A stretch of 64,000 nt of DNA from an uncultured Marinoscillum sp. (GTDB lineage: Bacteria; Bacteroidota; Bacteroidia; Cytophagales; MED-G16). Of this stretch, positions 19,558 to 30,959 are shown one piece after another. Every line of letters begins with the position of its first letter. Position 1 is the first letter of the stretch. The notes beneath the pieces are model-generated. The model had not been told where the DNA came from. It made no database searches and saw only the letters and a list, made by a program, of their open reading frames with translations. Position numbers and translations under genes: made by a program. The stretch spans positions 11,409 to 75,408 of the forward strand of contig CACOFQ010000002.1 of the NCBI GenBank assembly GCA_902626505.1, in the 5' to 3' direction.

Positions 19558-20311
19558 AATAAAAAAAAATGTATTAATAACTGGTGCAACTTCTGGAATA
19601 GGAGAGGCAACTGCAGAAGCATTATCTAAAAATTTTAATCTTATTTTATGTGGAAGGAGAGAAAATAGATTACTAAAACTAGAGAAAAAATTATCAAAAG
19701 AAACCGAGGTAACCACATTAACATTTGATATAAGAAATAAAAATGATGTTTCAAATCAAATAAATTCCTTATCAGATAAATGGAAAAAAATTGATATTTT
19801 AATTAATAATGCTGGAAACGCCCATGGACTAGATTTCATTCATGAAGGTTCATTAGATGATTGGGATAAAATGATTGATATTAATGTAAAAGGATTATTA
19901 TATGTTACTAATCAAATATTGAAATTGATGCTTAAAAATAAATCAGGTCATATAATTAACATAGCTTCAATTGCAGGTAAAGAAGTATATCCTAAAGGTA
20001 ACGTTTATTGTGCTTCAAAATTCGCTGTTGATGCATTATCACAAGCAATGAGAATTGATTTGAATCAAAAAAACATAAAAATATCGCAAGTAAATCCTGG
20101 TTTAGTTAATACAGAGTTTTCAAAAGTAAGATTTAAAAATGATCAGAAAAAAGCAGATAATGTTTACGAAGGTATGGAGCCACTATTAGCAAAAGATATT
20201 GCTGATGTTATAGAATTTATTCTTATTAGGCCTGATAATGTTAACATTAGTGATATAACAGTTTTACCAAAATCTCAAGCTTCATCAACTATAGTAAATA
20301 GAAAAATTTAG
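19544..20311 (+). CDS. ydfG: NADP-dependent 3-hydroxy acid dehydrogenase YdfG-like short-chain dehydrogenase
   Basis: TGATSGIGEATA cofactor motif, NNAG, catalytic YCASKFAV. The block NPGLVNTEFSKVRFKNDQKKA closely mirrors E. coli YdfG (EPGLVGGTEFSNVRFKGDDGKA). There is no in-frame ATG. GTG at 19544 is preferred over the track TTG at 19508, which overlaps the upstream gene by 50 nt. Confidence 0.75.
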   Translation: MVQSRIKKNVLITGATSGIGEATAEALSKNFNLILCGRRENRLLKLEKKLSKETEVTTLTFDIRNKNDVSNQINSLSDKWKKIDILINNAGNAHGLDFIHEGSLDDWDKMIDINVKGLLYVTNQILKLMLKNKSGHIINIASIAGKEVYPKGNVYCASKFAVDALSQAMRIDLNQKNIKISQVNPGLVNTEFSKVRFKNDQKKADNVYEGMEPLLAKDIADVIEFILIRPDNVNISDITVLPKSQASSTIVNRKI

Positions 20312-21303
20312 TATTTTAAAATACTAAAAATCCAATTCATTTTATATTCTTCCAACATAATCGTATTATTAATTTTAGAAAAATTATTATTATATTCTAT
20401 TACTCGAGTTGGCATCTTTAATTTTACTTTATCAGTAATTTTATTTCCTAACCATTTAATATTCTCCATAAATTTTGTTGGTCTTATTCTACTAAAGCCA
20501 ACAAAAGATTTTGAATTCAATTCTTGATATCCTCTACACCAACCTAATGACCTCCCTTTTTTTTCATGAATATTTAAGTCAATTGTATTAATTTTTGAGA
20601 AATCATTAGGGTTTATTTTAATTATTTTTCCATTCACTGTAGTATATGTAAAATTGTTATTAAATAGTAATCCATCATGAGGAATACCCTTATTTATTTT
20701 AATATAATCAATGATTTTTCCTTCCATTGAATAAATAATTACATCCTGCTGTTTATATCTAGTGATAAATAATTTATTTTGGAAAATAGAAACATGATTA
20801 GGATGACTTTTGTGTGGTTTAGTCGTATTTATTTTTCTATAATCAGTTTTATTATCAAATCTATCCCATGTATCTAATTCAGGATAACAATTATAAACTT
20901 TTTCAATATTCTTTTTTTCTAAAGAGTATTTTAAAACTATATCTAATCCTGTTACTACAATAAATAAATTTCTTTTATAATAAATGACATGGTGTAAATC
21001 ATTAAATAACTTAAGTGATATTCTGTCAATCATATTATAATCTGGAAGAGAGAAAATTAATATTTCTGTCAATGTTGTTATATAGAGTTTATTGTTGTTT
21101 ATGGATCCACTTTTAAAGGAAATACTATATTCTTTACTAGGTCTATATTTTTCAGGGGTTTTATAATTTATTTTTTCACAAACTTTTTTTGTTATTGTAT
21201 CATACTCTAGAATTACTCCAGAAATTCCATTGTTCCATTCTTTATTAAAATAAGATAATTTAGAGTCTGACTGTCTTCCTCCAGTAAATATAAGTTTTGT
21301 CAC
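20308..21303 (-). CDS. Hypothetical protein, predicted beta-propeller-like fold (possibly distant DUF4915/TIGR03032-like)
   Basis: 331 aa, beta-strand-rich repeats, no catalytic motif recognised. Only a GTG start is available at 21303. Confidence 0.4.
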   Translation of the reverse strand: MTKLIFTGGRQSDSKLSYFNKEWNNGISGVILEYDTITKKVCEKINYKTPEKYRPSKEYSISFKSGSINNNKLYITTLTEILIFSLPDYNMIDRISLKLFNDLHHVIYYKRNLFIVVTGLDIVLKYSLEKKNIEKVYNCYPELDTWDRFDNKTDYRKINTTKPHKSHPNHVSIFQNKLFITRYKQQDVIIYSMEGKIIDYIKINKGIPHDGLLFNNNFTYTTVNGKIIKINPNDFSKINTIDLNIHEKKGRSLGWCRGYQELNSKSFVGFSRIRPTKFMENIKWLGNKITDKVKLKMPTRVIEYNNNFSKINNTIMLEEYKMNWIFSILKY

Positions 21304-21354
21304 GATTTTTTTTTAAATATAATTAATTGCTTACTTTGAATTATATTCAAATTT

Positions 21355-22677
21355 ATGACAAAAAAAATTGTATTGCTTGGAGCAGGTAGATCTTCTTCAT
21401 ATCTCATAAAATATTTATATAATTATAGATTACAATTGAATATTTCTCTTGTAATTATTTCAGATATCCAACCTACATTTTTAAATGATTATAATGATAT
21501 TAAATTTATGTCTATAGATGTTAATGATAACGATAATATAAATTCTATTATAAAAAATTCATTTCTAGTTGTCAGTTTGTTACCCCCTGGTTTTCATTTT
21601 ATGATTGCAAAAATATGTTCTGATTTAGGGGTTAATATGATAACAGCTTCATATTTAGATAATAATATTAAATCTTTAGAAAAATCTTTTATTAAGAATA
21701 AATGCTTCCTATTTATGGAAATGGGATTAGATCCTGGTATTGACCATATGTCTGCAATGAAAATTATAAACGATCTAAAAAAGGATAGCCAAATTTTAGA
21801 ATTCGAATCTTATACTGGTGGTTTAATAAAAGATAATAATAAAAAAAATCCATGGGGATATAAGTTTACATGGAATCCCTCAAATCTAATATTAGCTGGA
21901 ATTGATAATGCTAGATATATAGAAAAAGGAAGATTAAAATTCATACCCTATAATAATTTATTTAAGGATCATAAAGAAATAATAATTAACAATAAGATAT
22001 ATGAGGGGTATCCGAATAGAGATTCTGTTAAGTATAAAAAACTTTATGGTTTAAAAAATATTAAAACTCTTAGAAGAGGAACTTTAAGAAACAAGAGTTT
22101 TTGTAATACTTGGGATCTTATTGTCAATATTGGTTTGACCAATAATAAAATAGAAATAAAAAATTCTAATAAAATGACTTTTTTTGATTTTTTTAACATG
22201 AATTTAAAGGCTAAAAGCTTAAATCATTTAAATTCAGTTTTAGAGAAAGATTATAATATTAAACCATCATCAGATGAATATAAAAATTTAAAATGGTCAG
22301 GATTTTTTTCTAATAAGATTTTACGTTTAGAAAAAGGGTTTGCCTCAGATTTCTTATTGGAAATATTAAATGATAAATGGTGTCTTGAATCAACAGACAT
22401 AGATCTCATAATTATGTATCATTCTTTTATTTTTAAGAAAAATAATAATTTAAAAAAACTCACTTCATTTCTTAAGGTTGAAGGAGAGGATAATATCTAT
22501 ACTGCGATGTCTAAAACAGTCGGCATGCCTATTGCCCTGTTGATTGAGCAAATAATTATTAAAAAATACAAAAAACCTGGAATTCACTTACCTTTTGATC
22601 AGGAAATTTATCTTCCTTTATTATCAAAAATGAGCAATTTAGGACTTGTCTTTGAAGAGAAGATAACTAGTATTTAA
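21355..22677 (+). CDS. Saccharopine dehydrogenase family protein
   Basis: N-terminal Rossmann [28 protein letters not shown] block typical of saccharopine dehydrogenase NADP-binding/C-terminal domains, about 440 aa as in flavobacterial homologues. Confidence 0.7.
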   Translation: MTKKIVLLGAGRSSSYLIKYLYNYRLQLNISLVIISDIQPTFLNDYNDIKFMSIDVNDNDNINSIIKNSFLVVSLLPPGFHFMIAKICSDLGVNMITASYLDNNIKSLEKSFIKNKCFLFMEMGLDPGIDHMSAMKIINDLKKDSQILEFESYTGGLIKDNNKKNPWGYKFTWNPSNLILAGIDNARYIEKGRLKFIPYNNLFKDHKEIIINNKIYEGYPNRDSVKYKKLYGLKNIKTLRRGTLRNKSFCNTWDLIVNIGLTNNKIEIKNSNKMTFFDFFNMNLKAKSLNHLNSVLEKDYNIKPSSDEYKNLKWSGFFSNKILRLEKGFASDFLLEILNDKWCLESTDIDLIIMYHSFIFKKNNNLKKLTSFLKVEGEDNIYTAMSKTVGMPIALLIEQIIIKKYKKPGIHLPFDQEIYLPLLSKMSNLGLVFEEKITSI

Positions 22678-24001
22678 AAGTATCCATGAACTTTGTAGTA
22701 AAATTACCTTTTACAAAATTTTCGTCATTCATTATCTTAATATGGAATGGTATTGTAGTTTCAATTCCTTCTATTATAAACTCTTTGAGTGCTCTTTTCA
22801 TTCTAACAATTGCTTCATCTCTTGATTGATGGCTAACTATTAATTTAGCAATCATTGAATCATAATTAGGAGGTATCACATAGCCTGAATAAATATGAGA
22901 GTCAACTCTAACACCATGACCACCCGGCTTATGAAGAGCAGTAATTTTTCCTGGAGAAGGTCTAAAATTCGATGATGGATCTTCAGCATTTATTCTACAT
23001 TCAATAGAATGAAGTTTTGGGTAATAGTGTTTACCTGATACTTTTACTCCATCTGCAACTTTGATCTGTTCTTTGATTAAATCATAATCAGTTACTTCCT
23101 CAGTAATTCCATGTTCAACCTGAATTCTTGTATTCATTTCCATAAAGTAAAAGTTTTTATTTATATCAACTAAAAATTCAATTGTTCCAGCTCCCTCATA
23201 ATCTATAAATTTACATGCTTTAACAGCAGCTTGTCCCATGGTCTCTCTAAGTTCCTCATCAACAAAAGGTGATGGAGTTTCTTCAATTAGCTTTTGGTGT
23301 CTTCTTTGAATTGAACAATCTCTTTCAGATAGGTGAGACACATTACCATATTGATCTCCCATAACTTGAATTTCAATATGTCTTGGTTCAACAATAAATT
23401 TTTCTAAATAAAGTCCAGAATTTGAAAAGGAAGCTTCTGATTCTGCTTTTGCACTATTCCACGCATTTTCAAATTCTTTTTCATGGTTTACTATTCTCAT
23501 CCCTTTACCTCCACCTCCAGCTGTTGCCTTTAAAATTACAGGATATCCAATTTTCTTTGCTAAAATTTTTCCTTCCTTGATTGAATCAAGTAGACCATCT
23601 GATCCAGGTACTGTAGGGATTCCAGCTGCTTTCATAGTTTCTTTTGCAGTGACTTTATCACCCATTTTTTCAATCATTTTCCAGTCAGGCCCAACAAATT
23701 TTATACCACTCTCAGAACAAATTTTAGAAAATTCGGCATTTTCTGATAGAAATCCATATCCTGGATGTATAGCATCAGAATTAGTAATTTCTGCTGCAGC
23801 CATAATTTTAGGAATATTTAGATATGACTCTTTTGATACGGGGGGACCTATACAAACAGCTTCATCTGCAAATCTTACATGGAGACTTTCCTTATCTGCT
23901 GTAGAATAAACTGCTACAGTCTTTATCCCCATTTCATTACAGCTTCGAATTACCCTTAAGGCAATTTCACCTCTATTTGCTATAAGTAGCTTCTTAATCA
24001 T
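22667..24001 (-). CDS. accC: Acetyl-CoA carboxylase biotin carboxylase subunit
   Basis: [20 protein letters not shown]-grasp [24 protein letters not shown]; about 445 aa. Confidence 0.95.
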   Translation of the reverse strand: MIKKLLIANRGEIALRVIRSCNEMGIKTVAVYSTADKESLHVRFADEAVCIGPPVSKESYLNIPKIMAAAEITNSDAIHPGYGFLSENAEFSKICSESGIKFVGPDWKMIEKMGDKVTAKETMKAAGIPTVPGSDGLLDSIKEGKILAKKIGYPVILKATAGGGGKGMRIVNHEKEFENAWNSAKAESEASFSNSGLYLEKFIVEPRHIEIQVMGDQYGNVSHLSERDCSIQRRHQKLIEETPSPFVDEELRETMGQAAVKACKFIDYEGAGTIEFLVDINKNFYFMEMNTRIQVEHGITEEVTDYDLIKEQIKVADGVKVSGKHYYPKLHSIECRINAEDPSSNFRPSPGKITALHKPGGHGVRVDSHIYSGYVIPPNYDSMIAKLIVSHQSRDEAIVRMKRALKEFIIEGIETTIPFHIKIMNDENFVKGNFTTKFMDTFKY

Positions 24002-24009
24002 TAGATTTA

Positions 24010-24465
24010 TTAACTAGGTTCAACCTCAAATAATGGTTGATCAAATTCTATTGGTGAATTATCATCTACTAATATTTTAACAACTTTACCTGATACTTCA
24101 GATTCAATATCATTAAATAATTTCATGGCTTCGACAATGCAGATTGTTTGACCAACTTTAATTGTATCTCCTTCACTTACAAAAGGGTCGCTTTCGGGGT
24201 TTGGTGATCTGTAAAATGTTCCTATCATTGGTGATTTAATAATAAGATTATTAGATGAAATACTTTCTTTTTTTTCTTCAACTTTTTTAACTTCTTGTTG
24301 ACTTTGAGGAGCACTAACTTTTACTTCTTTTGGTAACTCAGTTGTTGTATAATTACCATTATTTTTTTTGACTCTTATTTTATAATTTTCAGTTTCAATG
24401 CTAACATCATCAAGGTCTGATTTTTTAATAAAATTAATTATATCTTGAATTTCCTTTATTTTCAT
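24010..24465 (-). CDS. accB: Acetyl-CoA carboxylase biotin carboxyl carrier protein
   Basis: C-terminal biotinyl domain with the biotinylation motif EAMKL, immediately upstream of accC. Confidence 0.92.
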   Translation of the reverse strand: MKIKEIQDIINFIKKSDLDDVSIETENYKIRVKKNNGNYTTTELPKEVKVSAPQSQQEVKKVEEKKESISSNNLIIKSPMIGTFYRSPNPESDPFVSEGDTIKVGQTICIVEAMKLFNDIESEVSGKVVKILVDDNSPIEFDQPLFEVEPS

Positions 24466-24479
24466 AATTCAAATTTAAG

Positions 24480-25043
24480 TTATTTTACTCTTTCAACATA
24501 TTTACCTTGTTTAATATCAATTTTAATTTTGTCGTTTTCATTAATAAATAAAGGAACTTGAATTTCTGCTCCTGTTTCTATTTTTGCTAATTTCATAGCA
24601 TTAGTAGCTGTATCTCCTTTAACTCCTGGTTCAGTATAAATAACTTTGCTTTCTATACTTTGAGGTAATTCACAAGATAAAATATCTCCAGTTTCAGTAT
24701 GTACTGAAATTTCAACCTCAATTCCATCCATTAAATAATTTGGAAAGTCAATTTGATTTTCTTCAAGAGATAATTGTTCATATGTAGAAGTATCCATAAA
24801 ATGGAAACCAGAGCTGTCTTTATATAAAAATTGATGTGATCTTTTTTCCACTCTAGCTGTTACAATCTTATGACCAGATGGAAAAGTATTATCTATAACT
24901 TTACCAGTAACAACATTTTTTAACTTTGTTCTAACAAATGCAGGTCCTTTACCTGGTTTTACATGTTGGAATTCTGTGACAAAATATAAATTGCCATTAT
25001 ATTCAATACATAAACCATTTTTTATATCACTAGTAGATGCCAT
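24480..25043 (-). CDS. efp: Elongation factor P
   Basis: VKPGKGPAFVRTKLKN loop motif, 187 aa, three OB/KOW-like domains. Confidence 0.93.
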   Translation of the reverse strand: MASTSDIKNGLCIEYNGNLYFVTEFQHVKPGKGPAFVRTKLKNVVTGKVIDNTFPSGHKIVTARVEKRSHQFLYKDSSGFHFMDTSTYEQLSLEENQIDFPNYLMDGIEVEISVHTETGDILSCELPQSIESKVIYTEPGVKGDTATNAMKLAKIETGAEIQVPLFINENDKIKIDIKQGKYVERVK

Positions 25044-25046
25044 TTT

Positions 25047-26048
25047 TTAATTATTATATGACCATTTTAAATATAAAGAACCCCAGGTAAAACCTCCTCC
25101 AAAAGCTGCCAGAATTAAATTATCTCCTTTTTTGAATTTATTTTCAAAATCCCATAAACACAAAGGTATTGTCCCAGCAGTAGTATTACCATATTTTTCA
25201 ATATTTAAAAGTACTTTTTCTGGACCTATACCCATTCTTTTGGCTGTTGCATCAATAATTCTTTTATTAGCTTGATGAGGAACTAGATAAGCAACATCAT
25301 CAGAAGATAAATTATTATTATTCATAATTTCTTCAGAAATATCAGCCATATTAGTTACTGCAAATTTAAAGACTGATGATCCTTCTTGATATATATAATG
25401 TTCTTTGTTTTTTATTGTTTCAATTGATGCAGGCTTTAAACTTCCTCCAGCTTTTAAACATAGCATATCTCCACCAGACCCATCACTTTTTAATAAATAA
25501 TCTTGAATTCCATTTTCATCTTCTGAAGGTTCTAATAAAACAGCACCACCTCCATCACCAAATAACACACAGTTTTTTCTTTCTTCATAATCTATAATAG
25601 ATGACATTTTATCAGCTCCAACTACTATTACTTTTTTATGAGTTCCTGCTTCAATAAATTGTGATCCAGTTGCAAGAGCATAAATGAATCCAGAACAAGC
25701 TGCTGAAATATCAAAGCCATAAGAATTAGATGCTCCAACTCTATCTGCAATTAGATTGGAAGTAGAAGGGAATAACATATCTGGAGTAACTGTTGCACAA
25801 ATTATTAAATCTATTTCTTTTGGGTCGGTATCAGTTTTATTTAATAATCCTTTTACACATTCAACTCCTAAAATAGAAGTGCCTTTCATATCTCCTTTTA
25901 ATATTCTTCTTTCTTTAATACCTGTTCTGGTAACAATCCATTCATCAGTTGTATCAACTAAAGTTTCCAATTCTCTATTTGTAAGAATATAGTCTGGTAC
26001 ATAACCATGAACACCAGTTATGCTAGCCTTGAGTTTTTTTGAGGTCAT
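25047..26048 (-). CDS. fabH: 3-oxoacyl-[acyl-carrier-protein] synthase III
   Basis: Active-site Cys in DISAACSGF, His in VPHQANKRI, Asn in YGNTTAGTIP. Confidence 0.92.
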   Translation of the reverse strand: MTSKKLKASITGVHGYVPDYILTNRELETLVDTTDEWIVTRTGIKERRILKGDMKGTSILGVECVKGLLNKTDTDPKEIDLIICATVTPDMLFPSTSNLIADRVGASNSYGFDISAACSGFIYALATGSQFIEAGTHKKVIVVGADKMSSIIDYEERKNCVLFGDGGGAVLLEPSEDENGIQDYLLKSDGSGGDMLCLKAGGSLKPASIETIKNKEHYIYQEGSSVFKFAVTNMADISEEIMNNNNLSSDDVAYLVPHQANKRIIDATAKRMGIGPEKVLLNIEKYGNTTAGTIPLCLWDFENKFKKGDNLILAAFGGGFTWGSLYLKWSYNN

Positions 26049-26069
26049 AAAATAGAGTATAAATATTAT

Positions 26070-26261
26070 TTATGCTACTGATTCATTTTCAAGGACAACT
26101 TTTCCCTTGAAATATAATTTACCTTCATACCAATAAGCCCTATGCGGTAGGTGAGATTCACCAGTAGTAGAACAAACCACAAATTTTTTTGCAGTTGCTT
26201 TATAATGGGTTCTTCTTTTGTCTCTTCTTGTTTTTGAAGTTTTTCTTTTAGGATGCGCCAT
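26070..26261 (-). CDS. rpmF: 50S ribosomal protein L32
   Basis: [22 protein letters not shown]-terminus, 63 aa, sits between yceD and fabH as in many bacteria. Confidence 0.92.
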   Translation of the reverse strand: MAHPKRKTSKTRRDKRRTHYKATAKKFVVCSTTGESHLPHRAYWYEGKLYFKGKVVLENESVA

Positions 26262-26266
26262 TTTAT

Positions 26267-26773
26267 CTATTTTAATTTGTTTAGTGGATCCAATCTAGGA
26301 TCATTCTCTTTCTTTTGTTTTGTAGTAAATACAAAATTATCAATATTATCTTCATTTTCTACTGATGGGTGTAATCTTTTTATTGGAATTTCAAGCATAA
26401 AAAATTCATAAATGTACTTTGCCATGTTTAGAATAGATTTATTTCTATCTATAACCACCATTTCATCAGATATTTCATCATCTTCTTCACCAAACTTGAA
26501 AAGAATTTTTTTTTCAGAATTTAGAGAGTAAGTAAAATTTTTTAGAGTTCTATCACAAACCAATTTTGTTTTACCTTGAATTTTGAATAAAACCTCAAGC
26601 ATAAGATCAGATTTTGAGACATTTAAATTACAAATTCCTGAAACGTCTTTTAATTCATTTTCATCTGAATAAAAATCAATTAAATCTTGATTAAATTCAA
26701 AATCATATTCATGTATATTATTTGATAAACTTTGAATTTTAATTCCGTAATTTCTTAAAAATTTTTTATTCAT
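26267..26773 (-). CDS. yceD: YceD family (DUF177) protein
   Basis: 168 aa acidic protein directly upstream of rpmF, the conserved yceD-rpmF pairing. Confidence 0.7.
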   Translation of the reverse strand: MNKKFLRNYGIKIQSLSNNIHEYDFEFNQDLIDFYSDENELKDVSGICNLNVSKSDLMLEVLFKIQGKTKLVCDRTLKNFTYSLNSEKKILFKFGEEDDEISDEMVVIDRNKSILNMAKYIYEFFMLEIPIKRLHPSVENEDNIDNFVFTTKQKKENDPRLDPLNKLK

Positions 26774-26818
26774 TTTTTATAACAAAAGTTGGCAAAAATA
26801 TTACTCTTTAGTTTATTA

Positions 26819-27829
26819 TTAAAATTTTCTATTATTAATAATTTTAATATTTAGTTTAATTGATTCAATCAGTGATTTTTCACTTGCAATTCCTTTTCCA
26901 GCTATATTAAATGCTGTTCCATGATCTGGTGATGTTCTAACATAAGGTAATCCACCTGTAAAATTAACTCCATTATCAAAACAAAAAGATTTAAATCCAA
27001 CTAGCCCCTGATCGTGATACCATGAAATTATTCCATCAAAATCTTTAAACTTTTTTAGTCCAAAAAAACTATCTGAAGAGAAAGGACCATAAAATATTTC
27101 TTTTTTTTTATTTAATTTATCAATAATGGGTTGAATTAATATTTTTTCCTCATTTCCAATTAATCCTTCTTCGCCAGCATGTGGATTTAATCCAAGAACA
27201 GCTATTCTTGGTTTATCAATTTTGAAATCTTGTTGGATTGATTCTAAAAAAATATTGAGTTTTTTTTCTAAATATTTATTATCAAGATGGTCCAAAAGTG
27301 AATTTATTGGTATATGTCCAGTTATAAACCCTATTTTCATTATGTCTGAACACATTATCATAATATTGCTGTCAATATTAAATTTTGATAAGAAATATTC
27401 AGTATGACCAGGGAATGAAAAGGTTTTATTTTGAGAGTTAATTTTACATATTGGTAAAGTAACTATACTGTCTATATTTTTATTAATTAATGCTTCAGAA
27501 GATTTATTTAGAGAATTTATAGCATAAATCCCAGCTATTTTATCAATATATCCAGGAGTAATTTTTAAAGTTTCATTATTTTCTGAGAAGGTGTTTAAAC
27601 AATCACTTTCAAGAGATTGATTTAAATTTTTAATTTTTTTAATCTTAATATTTATTCTAAATTTTTCGGCATAAAAATCAAGTATTTGTTTATCACAAAA
27701 AATAATAGGTATGCAATAATCTAATAAATCTGTTGAAGAAAAAGATTTAAGTAAAATTTCAGGGCCAATTCCATTATAATCTCCTATACTAAAGCCAATA
27801 ATTACCTTTTTGTTAATATCTTTTTTCAT
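26819..27829 (-). CDS. pdxA: 4-hydroxythreonine-4-phosphate dehydrogenase
   Basis: GDYNGIGPEI, FPGHTEYF, LNPHAGEEG, RTSPDHGTAFNIAGKG motifs. Confidence 0.9.
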   Translation of the reverse strand: MKKDINKKVIIGFSIGDYNGIGPEILLKSFSSTDLLDYCIPIIFCDKQILDFYAEKFRINIKIKKIKNLNQSLESDCLNTFSENNETLKITPGYIDKIAGIYAINSLNKSSEALINKNIDSIVTLPICKINSQNKTFSFPGHTEYFLSKFNIDSNIMIMCSDIMKIGFITGHIPINSLLDHLDNKYLEKKLNIFLESIQQDFKIDKPRIAVLGLNPHAGEEGLIGNEEKILIQPIIDKLNKKKEIFYGPFSSDSFFGLKKFKDFDGIISWYHDQGLVGFKSFCFDNGVNFTGGLPYVRTSPDHGTAFNIAGKGIASEKSLIESIKLNIKIINNRKF

Positions 27830-27873
27830 TAATTTGATTAATATATAATCAAAGTTACATTCAAAAAATCTAT

Positions 27874-28638
27874 ATGATTAGGATTAAAACTAAAAAAAAA
27901 TTTGGTCAACATTTTTTAAAAAATGAAAAGATACTCCATCAAATTAGTTTAACTCATTTAAATAAAAAAAATATTTTAGAAATTGGACCTGGAACAGGAG
28001 CGTTAACTAAGTATTTAATAATTAAAAGGAGCAATTTAGTGTTAATTGAGATTGATTCTGATTGTATTAATTACATAAATAAAAATTTTAAAAATATTAA
28101 AATTATAAATGATGATATTCTTCAAGTTAATTTTCTAAAAATCTTTAAGAGTAAATTTTCAGTAATTAGTAATTTACCTTATAATATTTCATCTCAAGTT
28201 TTTTTTAAAATTTTAGAATACAGAGATTATATTACTGAGTTCACTTTTCTTCTTCAAAAGGAGGTAGCTCAAAGAATATGTTCAAACTCTGGAAAAAAAG
28301 TATATGGTATTTTATCTGTACTCATACAAACCTTCTATAAGACAGATTATATTTTAGAAGTTGGTCCTAAAGAATTTGATCCTCCTCCTAAAGTTGATTC
28401 AGCTCTAATAACTGGTCTTAGAAATAAAACAATTAATATTGGTGTTTCATTCAATTATTTTAAAAAGATTGTAAAACAATCATTTCAAAACAGAAGAAAA
28501 ACATTGAGAAATTCTTTAAAAAACCTAAATTTACCTAAGAAATTTGTATCACACTCAATATTTTCTAAAAGGGCAGAACAACTAGATATTAAAGATTTTA
28601 TCTGGTTGACTAATCAAATAAAAAAAATTGAAAAATGA
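27874..28638 (+). CDS. rsmA: 16S rRNA (adenine1518-N6/adenine1519-N6)-dimethyltransferase
   Basis: KKFGQHFL, SAM motif EIGPGTGALT, catalytic NLPYNISS. Confidence 0.92.
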   Translation: MIRIKTKKKFGQHFLKNEKILHQISLTHLNKKNILEIGPGTGALTKYLIIKRSNLVLIEIDSDCINYINKNFKNIKIINDDILQVNFLKIFKSKFSVISNLPYNISSQVFFKILEYRDYITEFTFLLQKEVAQRICSNSGKKVYGILSVLIQTFYKTDYILEVGPKEFDPPPKVDSALITGLRNKTINIGVSFNYFKKIVKQSFQNRRKTLRNSLKNLNLPKKFVSHSIFSKRAEQLDIKDFIWLTNQIKKIEK

Positions 28639-30023
28639 AATTTTCATTAACAAATAATTTTAAAGAAAAACTCAGAAATGAAATTCAAAACCATAATGTT
28701 AATTTCATAAAAAAATCTTTTGAAGGAATAAGTTATGTTGATATTACTGAACTTTTAATCGAATTTGATTCGAATGATTCTAAATATGTAATTGATAATA
28801 TAGACATAGAAACCTCAGCAATGATAATTTCAGAATTGGATGAGGATGATAGAAAGAATTTTTTGAAAATATTCTCTGCTGAGGAGTTAGCAAAATTTTT
28901 AGAATTAATAGATTCGGATGATGGAGCAGATATTTTATCTGAATTAAGTGAAGATTTTAGAAATAAAGTAATTTCTGAAATAGATGATGAAGAAAAATCT
29001 AAAAACTTAAAAGAATTATTACAATATGATGATGATGTTGCTGGTGGATTAATGGCTATAGAATTAGTTAAGTGTAATATTAATTGGAAAATTAATCAGT
29101 GTATTGAATTAATAAAAAAACAAGCCGAAAATGTTTCTAATATATATAGTGTTTATGTAACAGATAATAAGGGTAAGTTACTTGGCAAAGTTTCATTGAA
29201 AGAAATAATTCTTGCTAAAGATAATTCTAGAATAAAAGATGTTTATGATGATTATATTATATCTGTAGATGCTAAAATGAATCAAGAAGAAGTCTCACAG
29301 ATAATGCAAAAGTATGACCTAACAGTGTTACCTGTTGTAAATAAAAGAGGAAAACTATTAGGTAGAATAACAATAGATGATGTTGTAGATGTGATAACAG
29401 AAAATGCAGAGGAAGAAAGACAAATTATGTCTGGTATTACATCTGATGTTGAGGAAGATGATTCTATTTGGAAATTATCCAATGCTAGATTACCCTGGTT
29501 AATTATAGGTATCCTAGGTGGGTTATTTGGAGCATTTTTTTTAGGTTCTTTTGAAAATAATTATTTTAAGGACAATCAAGTCTTTTTATCACTTTCTTTT
29601 TTTATTCCTTTAATAATGGCAACTGCCGGTAATGTTGGTATTCAATCATCCTCAATAGTTATTCAAAGCTTATCTAATCCTAGTGCTTTTGAAAATACTG
29701 TTTATGAAAGATTATTTAAAGTTTTATTAGTTTCAATTTTAAACGGAGTTGTATTATCAATATTGGTGTATCTTGGTCTTTTAATTTCTGATTACTATAG
29801 TGTTCTAGATTTTGGATTATATTCTCAAACGGCTCTGATAGTATCTGTTTCATTATTTTCTATAGTTATGGTATCATCTTTATTAGGAACTATAACACCT
29901 ATTGTTTTGGATAAATTAAATTTTAATCCTGCATTAGCATCTGGACCATTTATTACAACTACAAATGATTTAATTGCATTAGCAATTTATTTTATTGTTG
30001 CTTTATTACTAGGTGGTTTTTAA
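28635..30023 (+). CDS. mgtE: Magnesium transporter MgtE
   Basis: N-domain, tandem CBS region (VYVTDNKGKLLGKVSL, LPVVNKRGKLLGRITIDD) and TM domain with GNVGIQSS. ATGA overlap with rsmA. Confidence 0.9.
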   Translation: MKFSLTNNFKEKLRNEIQNHNVNFIKKSFEGISYVDITELLIEFDSNDSKYVIDNIDIETSAMIISELDEDDRKNFLKIFSAEELAKFLELIDSDDGADILSELSEDFRNKVISEIDDEEKSKNLKELLQYDDDVAGGLMAIELVKCNINWKINQCIELIKKQAENVSNIYSVYVTDNKGKLLGKVSLKEIILAKDNSRIKDVYDDYIISVDAKMNQEEVSQIMQKYDLTVLPVVNKRGKLLGRITIDDVVDVITENAEEERQIMSGITSDVEEDDSIWKLSNARLPWLIIGILGGLFGAFFLGSFENNYFKDNQVFLSLSFFIPLIMATAGNVGIQSSSIVIQSLSNPSAFENTVYERLFKVLLVSILNGVVLSILVYLGLLISDYYSVLDFGLYSQTALIVSVSLFSIVMVSSLLGTITPIVLDKLNFNPALASGPFITTTNDLIALAIYFIVALLLGGF

Positions 30024-30048
30024 TTCATAATTCATATATTTGTTATGT

Positions 30049-30072
30049 AAACGGATATAATCCGTTTTTTTT
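30049..30072 (+). terminator. Rho-independent terminator after mgtE
   Basis: Perfect hairpin AAACGGAT-ATA-ATCCGTTT followed by a T-run (positions 30066..30072). This is the only classical intrinsic terminator I could find in the window. Confidence 0.65.
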
Positions 30073-30083
30073 ATCTTAAAAAA

Positions 30084-30557
30084 ATGAGTGCTGTAAAATA
30101 TTTTACTGAGGAAGGTTTAAAAAAATTGAAAGATGAACTACATTTTCTCAAAACAAAAGGTAGAGCTGAAATAGCTAGTCAGATTGCAGAAGCTAGGGAT
30201 AAAGGTGATCTATCTGAAAATGCAGAATATGATGCAGCTAAAGAAGCTCAAGGACTTCATGAACTTAAAATATCAAAATTAGAAGAATCAATTAGTAATG
30301 CAAGAGTAATTGATGAATCTGAAATTAATACAGATAAGGTATCTATTTTATCTAAAGTAAAGGTTCTAAATCTCAGTTTTAACAAAGAATTTGAATATAC
30401 AATTGTTTCTGAAGAAGAATCAGATCTTCAACAAGGTAAAATTTCAGTCCAATCACCCATAGGAAAAGGACTACTTGGTAAAAAGAAAGATGAAGAAGTT
30501 TCTATTGATGTTCCTTCAGGAGAGATAAAGTTCAAAATATTAAATATTTCACTTTAA
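30084..30557 (+). CDS. greA: Transcription elongation factor GreA
   Basis: Coiled-coil N-domain with GDLSENAEYDAAKE, C-terminal ISVQSPIGKGLLGKKKDEEV; 157 aa. Confidence 0.93.
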   Translation: MSAVKYFTEEGLKKLKDELHFLKTKGRAEIASQIAEARDKGDLSENAEYDAAKEAQGLHELKISKLEESISNARVIDESEINTDKVSILSKVKVLNLSFNKEFEYTIVSEEESDLQQGKISVQSPIGKGLLGKKKDEEVSIDVPSGEIKFKILNISL

Positions 30558-30563
30558 ATCTAA

Positions 30564-30959
30564 ATGGGTACAATATTTTCTAAGATTATAAATAAAGAAA
30601 TACCATCTTATACTATTGCTGAAAATGAAAATTTTATTTCATTTTTAGATATCAACCCACTTACTGTTGGTCATTGTTTAGTCGTACCTAAAATAGAGAT
30701 AGACTATCTATTTGATCTTGATGACTCTTATTTGAAAGAAATTTTAATTTTTTCTAAAAAAATCTCATCATCATTATCAAAAACTGTTGATTGTGTGAGG
30801 GTAGGAGTATCTGTTGTTGGATTGGAGGTTCCTCATGCTCATCTTCACTTAATTCCTTTTATTAATGAGAATGATATGAGTTTTTCAAATAAAAGAATTG
30901 AAATGACTAATGAGGAGTTCTTAGATCTTCAGTCTAAGATTATTAAAAATTTAAATTAA
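30564..30959 (+). CDS. HIT family (histidine triad) protein
   Basis: GHCLVVPK and the histidine triad HAHLHLIP. Confidence 0.88.
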   Translation: MGTIFSKIINKEIPSYTIAENENFISFLDINPLTVGHCLVVPKIEIDYLFDLDDSYLKEILIFSKKISSSLSKTVDCVRVGVSVVGLEVPHAHLHLIPFINENDMSFSNKRIEMTNEEFLDLQSKIIKNLN

